NCBI GenBank assembly: GCA_951406725.2
Contig: OX597819.1
Coordinates: 118,544,001 to 118,608,000, forward strand
Direction: 5' to 3'
DNA: 64,000 nt
DNA from: Octopus vulgaris
Lineage: Eukaryota
A program made the position numbers and the translations under genes. The notes under the pieces were generated by a model. It searched no databases and was not told the DNA's origin. It saw nothing but the letters and a program-made list of their open reading frames with translations. Below are positions 12,320 to 26,016 of this stretch, piece by piece; positions within the stretch are counted from its first letter, which is position 1; each line of letters opens with the position of its first letter.

Positions 12320-13830
12320 TAATAAAAAATGCTGGAAAAAACGGTTTTGAAGAAAAATAATTGTGAAAATTTCGATCATGTTTCATCTGAAGTCGCAAAA
12401 GAAGTCAACCAGTATATCATGCATTTAAACCCATGATATTAGAAGACACAGATTATGTGGATGATATTAGAAAGTTAGTATTGAGATACACTGAACACAA
12501 AAATTTGAAATGCATACACGTAAAGTACATGTAACCTTACCAAAATATACTTAATTAAGTGAGAGCATCTATTGTATTCCAGTTGGCGTGTCTATATACA
12601 GAGAACAGAACTGTGAAGTTCATGTGAAGGTTTGTATATAGAAGAAACACTTTATTTTGTTTACCGAATTCATTTCAGAGACATAAACAGGAAAGAATTA
12701 AATGGTATACTATAGAAAATTTAGAAATTACGGGGAGTGAATTATTAAGTATGATCATTGCAAACACAATAAATTGAATTAAATGCCCAACAGAGTTCTC
12801 GAACGATCCGTTGAATCAGAAGCCTTCGTGTATTTTTCTTTACAAAAAAATTATTTCAGAAGAATGGGGGCTGATATGAGTAATGTCTTCACTGTCTAAT
12901 TCACAGATTATTTTCGATAGAATGGAGCTTCGATTACCGTGGTGGTATTTTCATTTGAATTGTGATGCACAAAATAGTAGCTTTCTTAGGGTTCTTGAAC
13001 TTCTGTAACTTTGGCATCCGTATGTAAAACCCATGTCAGGAAGGTGGAAAAAGCTAGCAAATTAAATATTTGTAACTATATTATTTGTTAGCTGAATCGT
13101 AAACTACATTTATTTCTCAATGCTTCGATCTCATTTTGAAACAGTCTTAGAAAAACCGAAAGGAAAGTGCTATTTTGTAATAGGTGATGTGCATTTTGAA
13201 CACGAATTTATAAGCTACTTTCAAAACCATTTACTTTTCCATTATGATTTAAGGGGGATAACTATAGTTTGAAGACCTGTAGAAACAAACACTGATGTTG
13301 CAAGCGTTCTAAAATAAGCTTTCAATAAAAGAGCACTCACATGGAAGACTGGTTTGTTATCGGTTCCACAAAGGAAGGAAAGTTTAAGGAATATCAAAAG
13401 ATATTAATAAAATCTGCTCTCTACATTTCCAGTTTTTCAACGCTGCAAGTTCGTAGAATATGCATGTCGAGGAATCAGCAGAATATTGAACTGAATGAGT
13501 TGTTTTCTAAAAAATTAAGAACATATCCTTAATATTTATCTTTAAAATTTGTTTTACACTCGACAAAAACAGCAAATAAATTGACTGACATATTTTACAA
13601 ATTATTGTATCGTATATCAAGTACCTTGTGATGAAAATTCATTCTATAGAATGTGATAATTTTCATGAAATCTTAATAGAATCTCTCTGGCTCTTGTACA
13701 GGTTCCTAGAGTTAAATGTGATACCATAAGTGAATAAATTAAATAAGTTCACTAGTCATATACATGTCATCTTGCAGGTGCACATACATACTCTTTATAT
13801 CTTGTTCTGTACAAACTAGTTTCTATAGAA
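12320..13830 (+). pseudogene. Decayed coding-like block, copy 2
   Basis: Diverged direct duplicate of 9740-11330, offset about 2.55 kb. Confidence 0.55.
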
Positions 13831-13956
13831 CGTGTTTATAAAGTTGCTATAGGTAATACAATTAAAGTTTGTCTTCAGCAGTAAATTATCTTTAAACTAT
13901 AAATATATTACATAGAGTTAGGTGATAAATGTTCGGCAAATGACATTGGTATATAG

Positions 13957-15165
13957 CACAAGACAACTATTAAAAAAAAACATTCTGTTGCATGGAATTT
14001 CTTTTAATGATTCCCTCATTTTGTGTGCTAATTTAAAATCTGTAACCGGTTTTGCCCTCCATGCTTTAGTTTCCTTCCAATTTGAATATGAGTTGTTTTT
14101 ACATTTATAGTTAAATTTAACATATTGAGATACATATAAATTACCTATAAAGAATTGACACTTGTGTCTTTTCAGATGTGATCATGGCTTTCTAGAGCAG
14201 ATATAGATGTGTGAATGATGCTTATGTCTCCTGCTATATCTGTAACTCCTTCGTCGATGGCGCAATATCACATTGCTTGTGAGAGGGGTTTACAAAGCCT
14301 ATTTTGGAATTTCCCAAGAACACCAAAACAGAAAAAGGATCCCTCATGTTTTGTGTCATAACTAAGAGGGAATGCTTCATGACTAGACAAAAGAAAAACC
14401 GAAATGGTTTATCGATTGAAGCTCCTTTGGTTCGGCCAGAGACCAAGGACCACACAAGTGACTGTTATATTTGTATGGCCAACGCAAAATGAATCGGCAT
14501 GAAAAATATGCGTAAAATATCTTATTCTATTATTTCCTCAGCATTTGAACCTACTATGCACTCCGAGACACTCCCGATTTCAGATTTCCTTTGGTTTACC
14601 TCTTCCGAAGAAGAAGCTAGCAAAAAAAAGCACGAAGATGATAATGAAGATAAAAATAACAATACTACTTCAGAATTCAAAGACTACTCTTTAAGATTTT
14701 AGCAAAACAAAACTGAATGATCTAGTGTATGATTTGGGACTCGCCAAAAAATCTGAAAGTTTAGCCTCAACGCTGCAAGATAAATTTCTACTTGAACAAA
14801 CTGCAAAACACTTGGCACATAATAACATTTATTTTACACAGTATCAGAATAAGAAATATTATTTTTATAGTCTACTTCTCATTGAGGGGTGTAGTAACTC
14901 GTATATATGAATAAAGTTAGAATCTGAATGCATAGATATTTGTTCTTTTCCACCTAGTTTGATATAATCAGATGGATTGTATCATATCTCGGGAAATATT
15001 CGAAATTTGGAAAAAAAAAACAAAAAAAACCTTACTTGCAAAATATCTAGAGCTTACGGAGAAAAACTAAATTGATATTTGAATTCAGCATTGCCAGATT
15101 CAATAATAATCCTGTTGGAAATTGTAATCATCATTAACAATTTAAACTATGTTGATAGCCATGCT
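13957..15165 (+). mobile_element. Internally deleted DNA transposon, probably Chapaev3 (Transib/Chapaev group)
   Basis: Remnant peptides RCVND...CYIC, ETKDHTSDCYIC, ISSAFEPTMHSETLP and NDLVYDLGLAKKSESLASTLQDKFLL. Subterminal TTTGAATTCAGC. The family call is from recall and the ends are approximate. Confidence 0.55.
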
Positions 15166-16164
15166 TACTGCTGCAGACTTCCAAGGTATTCGTTCATGAT
15201 GGTTAACCTTCTCGCTCGTTTGTATGGCATCCAGGCTATTTTCACATTCTATTTTTTTGATTTGTGCTAATTGATCCACGGGGATAGAGACTCAATTTCC
15301 CCATAATATATGCTATCCAGAGCTTACATTGCAAAATATATCTTTCATCCTCTAACTTCTGGCTTATTTATCTTATCTCTACCTTGATTTTGCTGCTGTT
15401 ACCTAGATATGTTCTTACATGGGTTTGAATGAGAGTTTTTCGTTGTTCCAAATTTCTGGACTCACAATCTTCAGGATATCTTTGAGGAACACATTTATGA
15501 AATGTTAGCACATTTTGTGGCTATATACATTTATTCGCCTTACATCAGTACTATGCGATAAACTTAATTTGATGCTGGAATTAAAAGTTCTTGAATTGTT
15601 ACGCTTGAACACAGTTTTGCTTCGCAACCGTGCCTTAAATTATTGCGGTTTGACTCGGTTTTGCAGGTCCAACATTGATCTACATCGTTTTTGTTATATA
15701 GACCGTATAGACATAAACATAAATATAACCAGGAAATCAATGAAGACACAAAAGTAAAAAGTGTACAGCAACTAACGTTTCATATTCCCTTCAAAATAGA
15801 TAACAGTCTACCGGAATGAATGTGATCATGATCGTAGTGAGAGCGTTGTTGTCTTCTTGCAATCAAGAATCACTCCATTAACCACAAAGAATAATCACTA
15901 ATTCGAGCCTACTCTAAGCTACTAAGAATGAGTGTGGCAACTTGAAGATCCACCCACCACACGCGATAGACTGGCGGTTGCACGGGCGCGAAAGCTACGC
16001 TGTTATTCTCATTCCGTAAACGGTGGCTTTTAACGGAGGGAGAGCTGGGGTACAGAAGATTCGCAATCTAGACTAGGGTCTGAAAGTTTACTACACCATA
16101 GTCGGTTTCACCATGGTTTCTCTGCTTTGTGGCAGAAATAGGAATAAAGACACAGTGGGGTACA

Positions 16165-16281
16165 TCCACGCCTCGCCGGAGGCTCGTGGAGCTTTGGTGT
16201 CTTTGCTCAATAAACACTCACAATGCCCGGTCTGCGAATTGAAACCGCGTTCTTACGACCGCGAGTCCGCTGCCCTAACTA
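16165..16281 (-). mobile_element. SINE head fragment (family of 418-805)
   Basis: Reverse complement matches about 418-545. Confidence 0.8.
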
Positions 16282-17741
16282 CTGGGACATTGCGCCTCCA
16301 CAGCGTTGTTGTTGTTGGTATTAATTGTAGTAGTCAAATTGCGATAGGTTATGCTGCTTGTGAAGCGAGTGTCACTAATGAAAATTACAGTATTCCCTCG
16401 AGTCTTATAAATCTTAGTGTAACTGAGATTAGCGATTGGATTGTCCACGCTTCAGTATTTTTCTGAAATTTGGTTAGCATTCAAGATAATCCTGAATTAA
16501 GGTGGAATCACGGCACCAACTGAGAATATATATACGACACAGGTTAATCATACGCAATAACAACAGGAATAAATACAACACGGACGCATTAAATAGGTGA
16601 CGGTGTGGTTTTCACCATCGGCATTACCAATACTTGGTGATGAATACATATTCAGAGAAGTAAGAAAAAGAAGAGAATAAAAAAAAAATTAAAAGAACGG
16701 AGAGACTAAATGTAAAAACTTAAGGCCAAAAATCGTAAATAAAAATGAATATACCTACAAGGTTATACGTGATGAGGCTACTTCATTTTACCGATGCAAA
16801 ATATTTGTGTATGCGTATTCTAGGAGCGTATGGGCACGGGTGTATGTGTATGAGCGTGAAGATACCAGAGAGAGTGAGAGAGAGAGAGAGAGAGAGAGGG
16901 CGAATTAGAGTAAGAGAGAGGGAGAGAAAAGGAGATAGGATGGTAATTCTCTTGATTGTGAAAAGAAGGTAATATACGCACACATATACATACATGTTCT
17001 CACACACATATACACACGGAAACACACACATGCAGAGAAGCACACAGACACACATATTCGCAGTCTCAGAAAGAAACACACATATATTGTATATATATGC
17101 CAATATTCAAACATATGCATATGCATACATATCTCTATATACACAAGATTTTTTATGCACAGAGATTATATATATATATATATATATCAGAGAGGGAGAG
17201 AAAGTGAGAGAGATAGCGAAAATGCGTGAGAGACATACAGCCAGACAGAGAGACAGACAGAGAGATGATCGATAGATGGATAGATATACAGAGGGATACA
17301 TAAGTAGATAGATTTAGAAATATATGCACATTTGTGCATATGTATACATTTAAGCATATGCATACACAACTATATTCATATAAAGTGAGCAAGGGAGATG
17401 GAGAATATAACTAAATATTTATGTATATATTTGTGTACTATTCTAATTTAAAAAGAAAAAAATGAAAAGAAATGTTTTCCCGCTAAAGGCATTCCAAGAT
17501 AAAAATAGCAAGGAAAATATGTAAAAAGTAAATACATATAATTGAAATGGAAGGCAAAAGAAATTCGCTGGTACGTGATAGAAACGTAAGTTTGCACAAA
17601 CATTGGAAAAAGATTAGAAAAGTTATATAAAGTGGCTGAGAATGTAGCAAGTTAAATGCAAATTACTGAGTGTATATTGAAAAATACTTCGATAAATTTT
17701 AATGTACATAAATACACCAATACATACATACTTACATATAT

Positions 17742-17788
<47 letters not shown>

Positions 17789-17796
17789 TTATATAC

Positions 17797-17836
<40 letters not shown>

Positions 17837-18202
17837 ACTTTTTGATATACACACACACACACATATATAAATATGAAAAGCTGTATATCTATATAAATGC
17901 ATGCGTATATATATATTTGTGTGTGTGTATGTGAGCGTGTGTTTGCATACAGAGAGAGATACATAGATACCTTGCATTTATGTCATATTTTGCCAATAGC
18001 TTGCTGTATATAACGTCTAGGAAACAGAAAGCTGTTGGTAGTCATACTGCATTTCAATTGAATGTGGAACCATGACTCATACAATGGACTGCAGTAGATA
18101 CATGCATCTATGCTTAGATACAGTTTTACATAACGATACACACACATACCTGCGCGCACACTACACATACACAGTTAAATACAAACACACAGGAACACAC
18201 AC

Positions 18203-18333
<131 letters not shown>

Positions 18334-19156
18334 TTTCCTTCGCCATTTTCAGTCAGAGAGTGTATATAGGGTTGGTCAACGCCGTCAGTGTGAATGCTTG
18401 TATATTTCAAACTCATTTTCCATTCCTGTTTTCAAAATGACTCCTGTTGAAGCTGTTAGTTGGACAAACGTGCCCATTTTTTAAATTCAATCCGTAGAGA
18501 GAGTTCATGTATTATTTCACATAATTTCAACAACACAAAATGTACCCACTTTGTGGGTGGTTAATTTACACGAATGCTTTAGCGAAATCGAAACGTATTG
18601 CAAACACATTTCAATGTTCGAGCTGTTGATTCAGTACCCAGGCACAATGGTGCAGTAGCTTTGTAAGGTTAGTCGTTCTTGTGCTTAATCCAATCTGCGT
18701 CTTTGTAAACAAACTATTTTCTTCAAAGAATATGTTCTAGTTACATCTGACAATGCGTTTCATAATTTTGATAACGCCTAAGGTCAGAAATAGGCATTCA
18801 GTTCTTAACACTCAATCTAATTCTTCCTTTAGTCATGGGCAAGTGTATATTAACACCCTTTTAATATTCTGTAAAGTTTGCTACTTGTAATGATACTCTG
18901 GATAAATACTGGCTTGGATTCATGAAAGATTTATTATATAACATCAAAAGGATATCAGGAAAACAATAAGCTCTTTGCTAAGATCAAAACGGAACAACAC
19001 GGAAATGCATGAGTTCTAGGATCTAATGTCCATACCCACAATCCAAAGCAAAATGTATTTGCAGAAGTTATCGTGGAGAATTTCTCCCGAGACACTTTTT
19101 GGGGGCTCCATTTGTATCATGTCATGTCCGTTTAAAATCGAAAATATATATAAATA

Positions 19157-19957
19157 TAAATGGTCTGATCAAGAACTATACGGACTGTTGTCACAGTAAC
19201 GAAGATAAAGCACGCAGGGAAAAGCTGCTTGGTACTGATTGACCTTGCACGCTACTGTGTACGTGTAGTAAGTGTTCACGTTCTGGCTAACTTTTGCTGT
19301 TTGCAGTAGCGTTTGGAAGGAAGATGTATAGCGTGTGATCGTCGCATTGACCAAGACAGAGAAAGTTGCCGAAGCGATATACCTGCTCAAAGACCTACGC
19401 AATGTTGTAGAAAGTGTATGATGAGGGCTTTATGAGCTGCACAAAGGTATAGGTGGTTCAGCCGTTTCCAATATGGCAGAAAAATATTAATGAGCGTTTT
19501 TGGAGGCCTGCAACCAGGAGAGGATCTGCAGATTAATTACGGTTCAATCCATTCCATTATCACTGAAGATTTGTGTATGAGACACGTGTCTGCCTAGTTT
19601 GTGCCAAAACCGCTTTCGGCCGACCAAAACGACTCTTGAGTTTCAGTTGCATAAAATTTCCTTCATTGAGCCACGAATGATGAAAACATCTTGAAAACTT
19701 TGCTTAGGTTTCTGAGAAGGTATGGCGAAGCTTTTGGCAGAATTTGATGCAGATTCTCTGCTCAACTTTCTCTGTCATGGTCAATGTGACGATCACACGC
19801 GAAACACGTTTCGTCCAAGTAATTTTCTGTTAGCATCGGTGGTGAACTAGAACTTTAAAACTTAAAGCGCATGCACAGTAGAGTTCATGGTCAATCTGTG
19901 TCTTTATTCTTTCTTTAATATCGCAACAATCCGGATACTTATTGATCGGACGAAGTA
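19157..19957 (+). mobile_element. Non-autonomous mariner derivative with long inverted arms
   Basis: + strand remnants TCSKTYAML..VYDE, WFSRF and IHSIITEDLCMRHVSA*FVPK (WVP-type motif). 19331-19367 is repeated inverted at 19764-19801, where the minus strand reads MTEKVEQRICIKFCQKL. Degenerate TIRs gtc[t/c]gatcaa..ta..cgga.tgttg. Confidence 0.75.
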
Positions 19958-20032
19958 CGCTGTAATATTTTATCAAAAGCCGTTTCGCGCAACATTGAAT
20001 ATAGATAATTAAACAAATGTTTATACATGTGT

Positions 20033-20107
<75 letters not shown>

Positions 20108-21459
20108 TTGATATGTAAGCGTATGTATACATGCAGGTATGCATGTCTGAATATAATTGTCTGCGTATTAAAAAACAATAAGAAAGTATATAATATCTAA
20201 GAAAACGTTGGTAAAAAAGAAAAAAACTATCAGAGAGAAGTTACTTTCAATGCACTACTTTCAATAAATGAGGATTTAAATTATAGGTATTCTATTTTGT
20301 TCGTATAAATATTGCATTAATTTAATAGGAGTGTCAAATGTTATAATAATGTGTAAAATTTATTAGAAAACGAAAACGAGGAAGGGAATGTTGAATTAGG
20401 GTTTAAATACTGGTGAATATTAAGAAAGAAGGAAGTCTAAATGCATCAGGAGGAGAAGAAGAGAAAGCAAAGGTGTTTAATATTTCGTAGAGATTATGAT
20501 AAAATGATGGGTTCGGTGCGATAAATATGAAGTAGGATTGCTTAAGGGATACAAAAATAAAATAATACATCTTGATAATTACGTAGGAAGACATATATCG
20601 GCAGCGTGTGGAAAGCAAATGATCATTGTGGGATAAAGTCCTTAAAAAAGAAACATTAGGAAATGTAACAATAGATTCCATAGAAATAAAAATATAATAA
20701 AAATGGATGCAATTTTCTCAACGTGAATTGAATTCCATTTCCTAGTTCGAGAAAAGGAGAGTCACATTTTAATTGTTCCGCATATTCTTGTTGCATATAT
20801 TTGAACTGAGCTATGTATGGACATAGAATGTTATAAAAAAATACAAGTTTACGAATTGTAGAAGTAGAAAGTAATTAACCTAAAATAGGAAAGATGAATG
20901 GAAATGGAAATTAAGAAAAGTAGAAAATTATAATGCAGAAGACAATGAATGTATTTAAAACTTTGTGTTGTGGAAATGGTTGGTTGTTAGCCGTTATGTG
21001 AAAGAAAATGATGCATTATTCATGAAACATTATATAATAATATCTGATATATTTATACATATATTATCTGTAAGATATTATTTAAGTTATCATGCAATGA
21101 TATTTCGACAAAATTCGAAGTAAAAAATGAAGAAAAACACTAAGAGATAGTGTTAAATGCCATGTTAAGGGAAACTTTCTTGCATTATGAATTCGTCATT
21201 ATGCTAATGTGAATACCCGCACTAGATATATTTGACTTTATTTATTATTATTATTTACCAACTTGTTACCCATTTAAACAGTTGGCTACAGGATTGTTTG
21301 AATAATCGTTTGGTCGGTGATGTGCATGTCCCTTATTGCCTTAAGGGTCACCCTAATAAATGGCCACAACCTAACCAACGTTCTGTATTCCTGATGTAAT
21401 AAAAACCACTGAAGTTCTCGAATTAACAAATTGTCTTCTACTTGTGTAAGCCATAGTCC

Positions 21460-21800
21460 AGTGACCATGCTGGGTCACCATATTGAAATGCCTTTGTAGA
21501 ATAGTTAGAACCTAATAGCATTATTTTAAAGTCTGATAAATATAATGTCGGTCACTTTTGCAGAATCGCTAAGTTACATAGGAGTAAACAATCCAAAATT
21601 AATTTCAAGCGGTGGAACGGGTAAAAAAAACGGGCACAGAGAGACACACATATCTATAGTTTGTGCTTCTTCGGGAACCCTGTACCGAATGATCTCCCAC
21701 AGCATTGGTCAGTTTGGGGCCTAGAGTAGAAGAAGATTGCCTACGGTCGCGCTCAGAGAAAGCATAAATCACATGGTTGCACAGCAGTATTCCTAATAAC
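21460..21800 (-). mobile_element. Old SINE copy (family of 8209-8614)
   Basis: Recognisable blocks ccatgctgg, ttttgcagaatcgctaagttac, gcattggtc, agtagaaga and acatggttgc. Confidence 0.6.
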
Positions 21801-22929
21801 ACCACAATGTTTTACAAAGAATAGTTTGCACCTACGCATCAGCATTGATTACATAAGCGCATTTCACTTAGCCATCCACAAGACACGTATTTTATCGACC
21901 AATGCGAAGCCTGAATACATCAAAGCAGAATTACATCGGATCAACGGGATAAAGAGAAAAGATATTGAAGAACATCCAATGCACGCTAAGAAATGGATAT
22001 ATTCTTAGTATATTTAATACTGGTGCGTTCCTGTCTGTCAGGTTAGGGTAATTACTTTATTTAGTGAGCGATACAAATAATGAGAATGCGAAAGGGAAGG
22101 AAAGGTTAAGACTGGAATATAATATACAGTGTAACGACGTGAGATTAACATGAAACAAAAGGAATATATGCTTGAATTAATAACGACTCAGATGTGCTCG
22201 GAAGAGAGAAAGGAGTCAAAAGAGGACATAAAGACCGACAGGCTTAACGTATCCAAATTCTGATTTGTAATAATGTAAATGTGTATGAATGCCTTCATGT
22301 GCATGTGGTTATGTGTTTGTAAATGTTTGCATGCGTAAATAGTCTTTATCTGCGCGGTTAAATGATCGTTGTGCGTATAGATAAACACACATACACATAT
22401 ATGTATGGATGGAAGTGACATTTCATGGCAGACTCAGTATGGCTACACCTTCCCTTCTTTTATTTATTTTATGTATTTGTATTCATTCTTATAAAACTCC
22501 ATGTACTAGATCGAATGTACTATAAATATGGCGAATATCATTTTCGGGATTTTCTTTGTAATCACCGATTGGCATTTGAAGCCGAAACGGCCGTAAGAAA
22601 TATTATGTAATTTTGCGTTATATCTTGTATTAAGAAATGATTAATCCATGCTGGTCGATTTGTGTGTTTTTTGAACAAAAGTTCTCTCCATTTTCTGCTT
22701 ACTTCAGTTCCATTCCCGACAAACATTTGTTTATTCAGTTATTACCTGTACCCTACGAGCATAATGTGCTGCTTGCATACCCATGCCTAGGGATAACATA
22801 GGTAACTCATACTGGTAGTAAGAACGGATATTTTCATCCCACAGACACTTATTCCAACCGCTAAATCTGCTCAACGTTACATATATATATTTATATATAT
22901 GGGTTTGGGCGTGTGGGTGTACATGTCTG

Positions 22930-23095
22930 TAGCGTCGCTACGTGGAAAGAAGCTTGATTACCAATCCCATTTTTCGTGTTTCAGTCCCACTCCGTGACAA
23001 AGTGGGCAAGTGACTTCTGCTATATTTTCGGGCCGACCAACAGCTTGTGAGGGGTAAAATAGACGGACACTGAAAGAAAACCGTCGTATATGTGT
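22930..23095 (+). mobile_element. Old SINE head (family of 8209-8614)
   Basis: tcagtcccactccgtg..gggcaagtgacttctgctata..gggccgaccaa..agacggacactgaaagaa. Confidence 0.65.
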
Positions 23096-23538
23096 ATATA
23101 TATTCATATATTTTTGTGCGTGTATGAGCATAGAGTGTGTTTATGTATATGAGCGTGTGAGTATGTTTATATGTGCATAAGAATGAATATTACAACCTTA
23201 ATGTATTTTATATATAATTACATATATACCCAGAGAAGAAGACCTAGTGAAATCGTTTCGCATTATTAACTGATGTATATAGCGGGTGAAAATACTGACG
23301 ATTGAGATACATACTGTACATTTACATAGTACAAAATATACCGTATGATGATCAATAAATGACCGGAACACAGATTTATGGCGAAGTAATTTTACTGGAA
23401 ACCATTTACAGGCTAAATACGAAGCCAGAAATGTTTCACTTCCAAATCGTATGCTGATATATTTAATATCTGACATCCACTAATTCGGTTCGTACTCTTA
23501 GCCTATATACATGCCTATATACATACATACACATAAAC

Positions 23539-23570
<32 letters not shown>

Positions 23571-23832
23571 TTATATATATATGTTTATGTGTGTGTGTAT
23601 GTATGTATATAGGCATGTATGTGTATGTATATATATATATATATGTGTGAGTGTGTGTGTGTGTGTGTAGGCGTGTGTATTTGCATATGTATATATATAT
23701 CTATGTATGTATGTATATGTATAATTATATGCATATATATGGGTGTGTGAGTACATATGTATTCATGTGTCTATGTATCTACAAACATATATGTATATAC
23801 ATACACTCATGCACGCGCGGACACAAACATAC

Positions 23833-23916
<84 letters not shown>

Positions 23917-25496
23917 ATGTATATTTTTTTGTGTTTTGTGTGTGTTTGTGTATGCTTTCTACTAGCATATATACATTTTTCACCTTCTAAGTACCCAGTC
24001 GTACAGCGTAAGTTACGTAGGGGCCTGATCCATTTGTATCTCAATATAATTATAGCTGACATAGAAGTTTGTTGGTTGGGAGGGAGGCAAAGAGCTGTTT
24101 TGCATTACATATCGATTGAAGGAGAACAAGAATAAGACGGGGGTAGCAGAAAGAATTAATAGAAGAAATGAAAGATGCGTGCACATATAAGATTTCATGA
24201 CAGGCAGTGAGTAAATGACCGGTAAACACGCACTGTGACAGAGAAAGAAATGGAGATCGAAGTGCTGGTGAAGACGGACAAAATTATATGTCAGGAGTTA
24301 TAGAAAAGAGAAATTTTTTTAATTTAATTTCATTTCTATTAATAGTTATTTTTCCTTGGGAAATTAATATTCGTTTCCTAATTTTTATAAGTACGATGAC
24401 GTGTTAGAAGTCAAATCATAATTTTCACATGCATGCGATATTTCCGGACGTTACCCACAGTGGTAAGAGTATACTTTGCAAATGTCTTGGCATATGGCAG
24501 GTAACACTTTTTCCTTAGCGTACACGTTCAAGCAACTTGATGTATCTAGCGGCCGTGTAGTGATCCGATTTGTGTTATCTGGATATATATGTTTGTGAGT
24601 ATTTCATATGGTGTGTATATATGCGCGTGCGTGTGCGTATTACATAGGCGCAGACTCCTCACCTGCCATATAAATTAATTGTGCAATACATATTTTATTA
24701 GCTTGTCACAAATGCATTAAAATTTCCATATAACTGGACAGGTGTGTTTTTCCTGCATTATATATGTGTAAGTGTGTTTGCGTATGTATGTGTGTATGTG
24801 TGCATGTATTTGTACATCTTTGAACGTGTGTATTTATGCATGTGAAGTCTATCCGAGTAAATGTGTATGAGTATTCCGTCTGCACAACCATAATTTATTG
24901 CCGAGAAAACATTTAGGAGCTGCAGTTTGACGAGCTGAAATTAAAATGATTTAATACCCTATAATTTCAGATTAAACACATCAATGTACGTTAATTAGCG
25001 ACTCATATTCCACCAAACGCCTCTGCGCTGTGGTAAATGTTATAGGCCATAGCTGAATGATCTCGGCAATGAGAATCTGCGACTGGACTTCAGTCAACGT
25101 AACTAATTATGCAGTGAAATGATTAATTACAGATATGATTATTTAGTCTAACCATATCATACATTCTGATAAGTTTGATCATCCTGGAAATTCGAATGTA
25201 AATTTATGTCTCCATTTAACAATCTATTTATCTATACACACAATATACATGCCGTATATGCATATGCGTGTGTGTTTGTATATACATATGTATATTTCTA
25301 GTGTTAGCTGTTGAACGAAACAGTATTCAATGATATAGTAGAATTGTTTCAATTTTGTTCCAGTCAGGCACTTTAGACTCTAACGTTTAATCTGTGCACA
25401 AGTTCATCAGGCATGTTATAATTCACACGAGTTATTTATAAGTTATAATATCTCTGATATGTATGCGTGTGTGCGTATTACATAGGCACCCACATG

Positions 25497-25681
25497 CCAT
25501 AATAGATCGTTAACCACTACACACACTTTTTCTCCACTTGTTTTTTCTGTGTCCCTCTTCTGTAGAAGAGCGTAGCCTCGAAACGTAAAGGACTTTTTTC
25601 TATTCTTGAGCGTTATACTAATACATCTGTTTGTTTTGTATACCACCTGTCTTCGTCTTTTGTTTTTTTCGTAAACTCTCC

Positions 25682-25683
<2 letters not shown>
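25497..25683 (+). mobile_element. Short repeat carrying a variant hammerhead (family also at 41092-41275 and truncated at 47668-47737)
   Basis: Shares gccat.atagatcg.ta.ccactacaca with 47668. HHR-like motif at 25551-25593: GTCCCTCTT-CTGTAGA-A-GAGC-GTAG-CCTC-GAA-ACGT-A-AAGGAC. Confidence 0.65.
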
Positions 25684-25757
<74 letters not shown>

Positions 25758-25759
<2 letters not shown>

Positions 25760-26016
25760 TAGAAGAAACACGGTACTCAGAAATCTGTATGGTTTTATAT
25801 TTACACATTTTTATAAATATGTGATATGTTTTTAGAAATCATATATTGGCTTTTGCATCTACTCTAGTAGACTCTCCAGACTTGAATTACATAAATGCCA
25901 GTGCGAAAATTTGGAGAGTCTACTAGAGTAGATGCATGCACTAATATATGATTTATAAAAACATGTAACATATTAATAAAAATCTGTAAATATAAAATCA
26001 CCTTATTTCTTCCAAT
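25758..26016. repeat. Palindromic fold-back/MITE-like element
   Basis: Perfect 25-bp inverted core at 25854-25878 and 25912-25936. Imperfect arms extend to 25758 and 26016, with a 33-nt spacer. The left end resembles 4326-4400. Confidence 0.9.

Noticed and set aside
12640-12810. Faint resemblance of the pseudogene block (NTLF...W...NL...LL...CP..F) to a Mab-21/cGAS-like C-terminus
   Set aside because: No nucleotidyltransferase motif is visible and the pattern is not conserved in copy 1.
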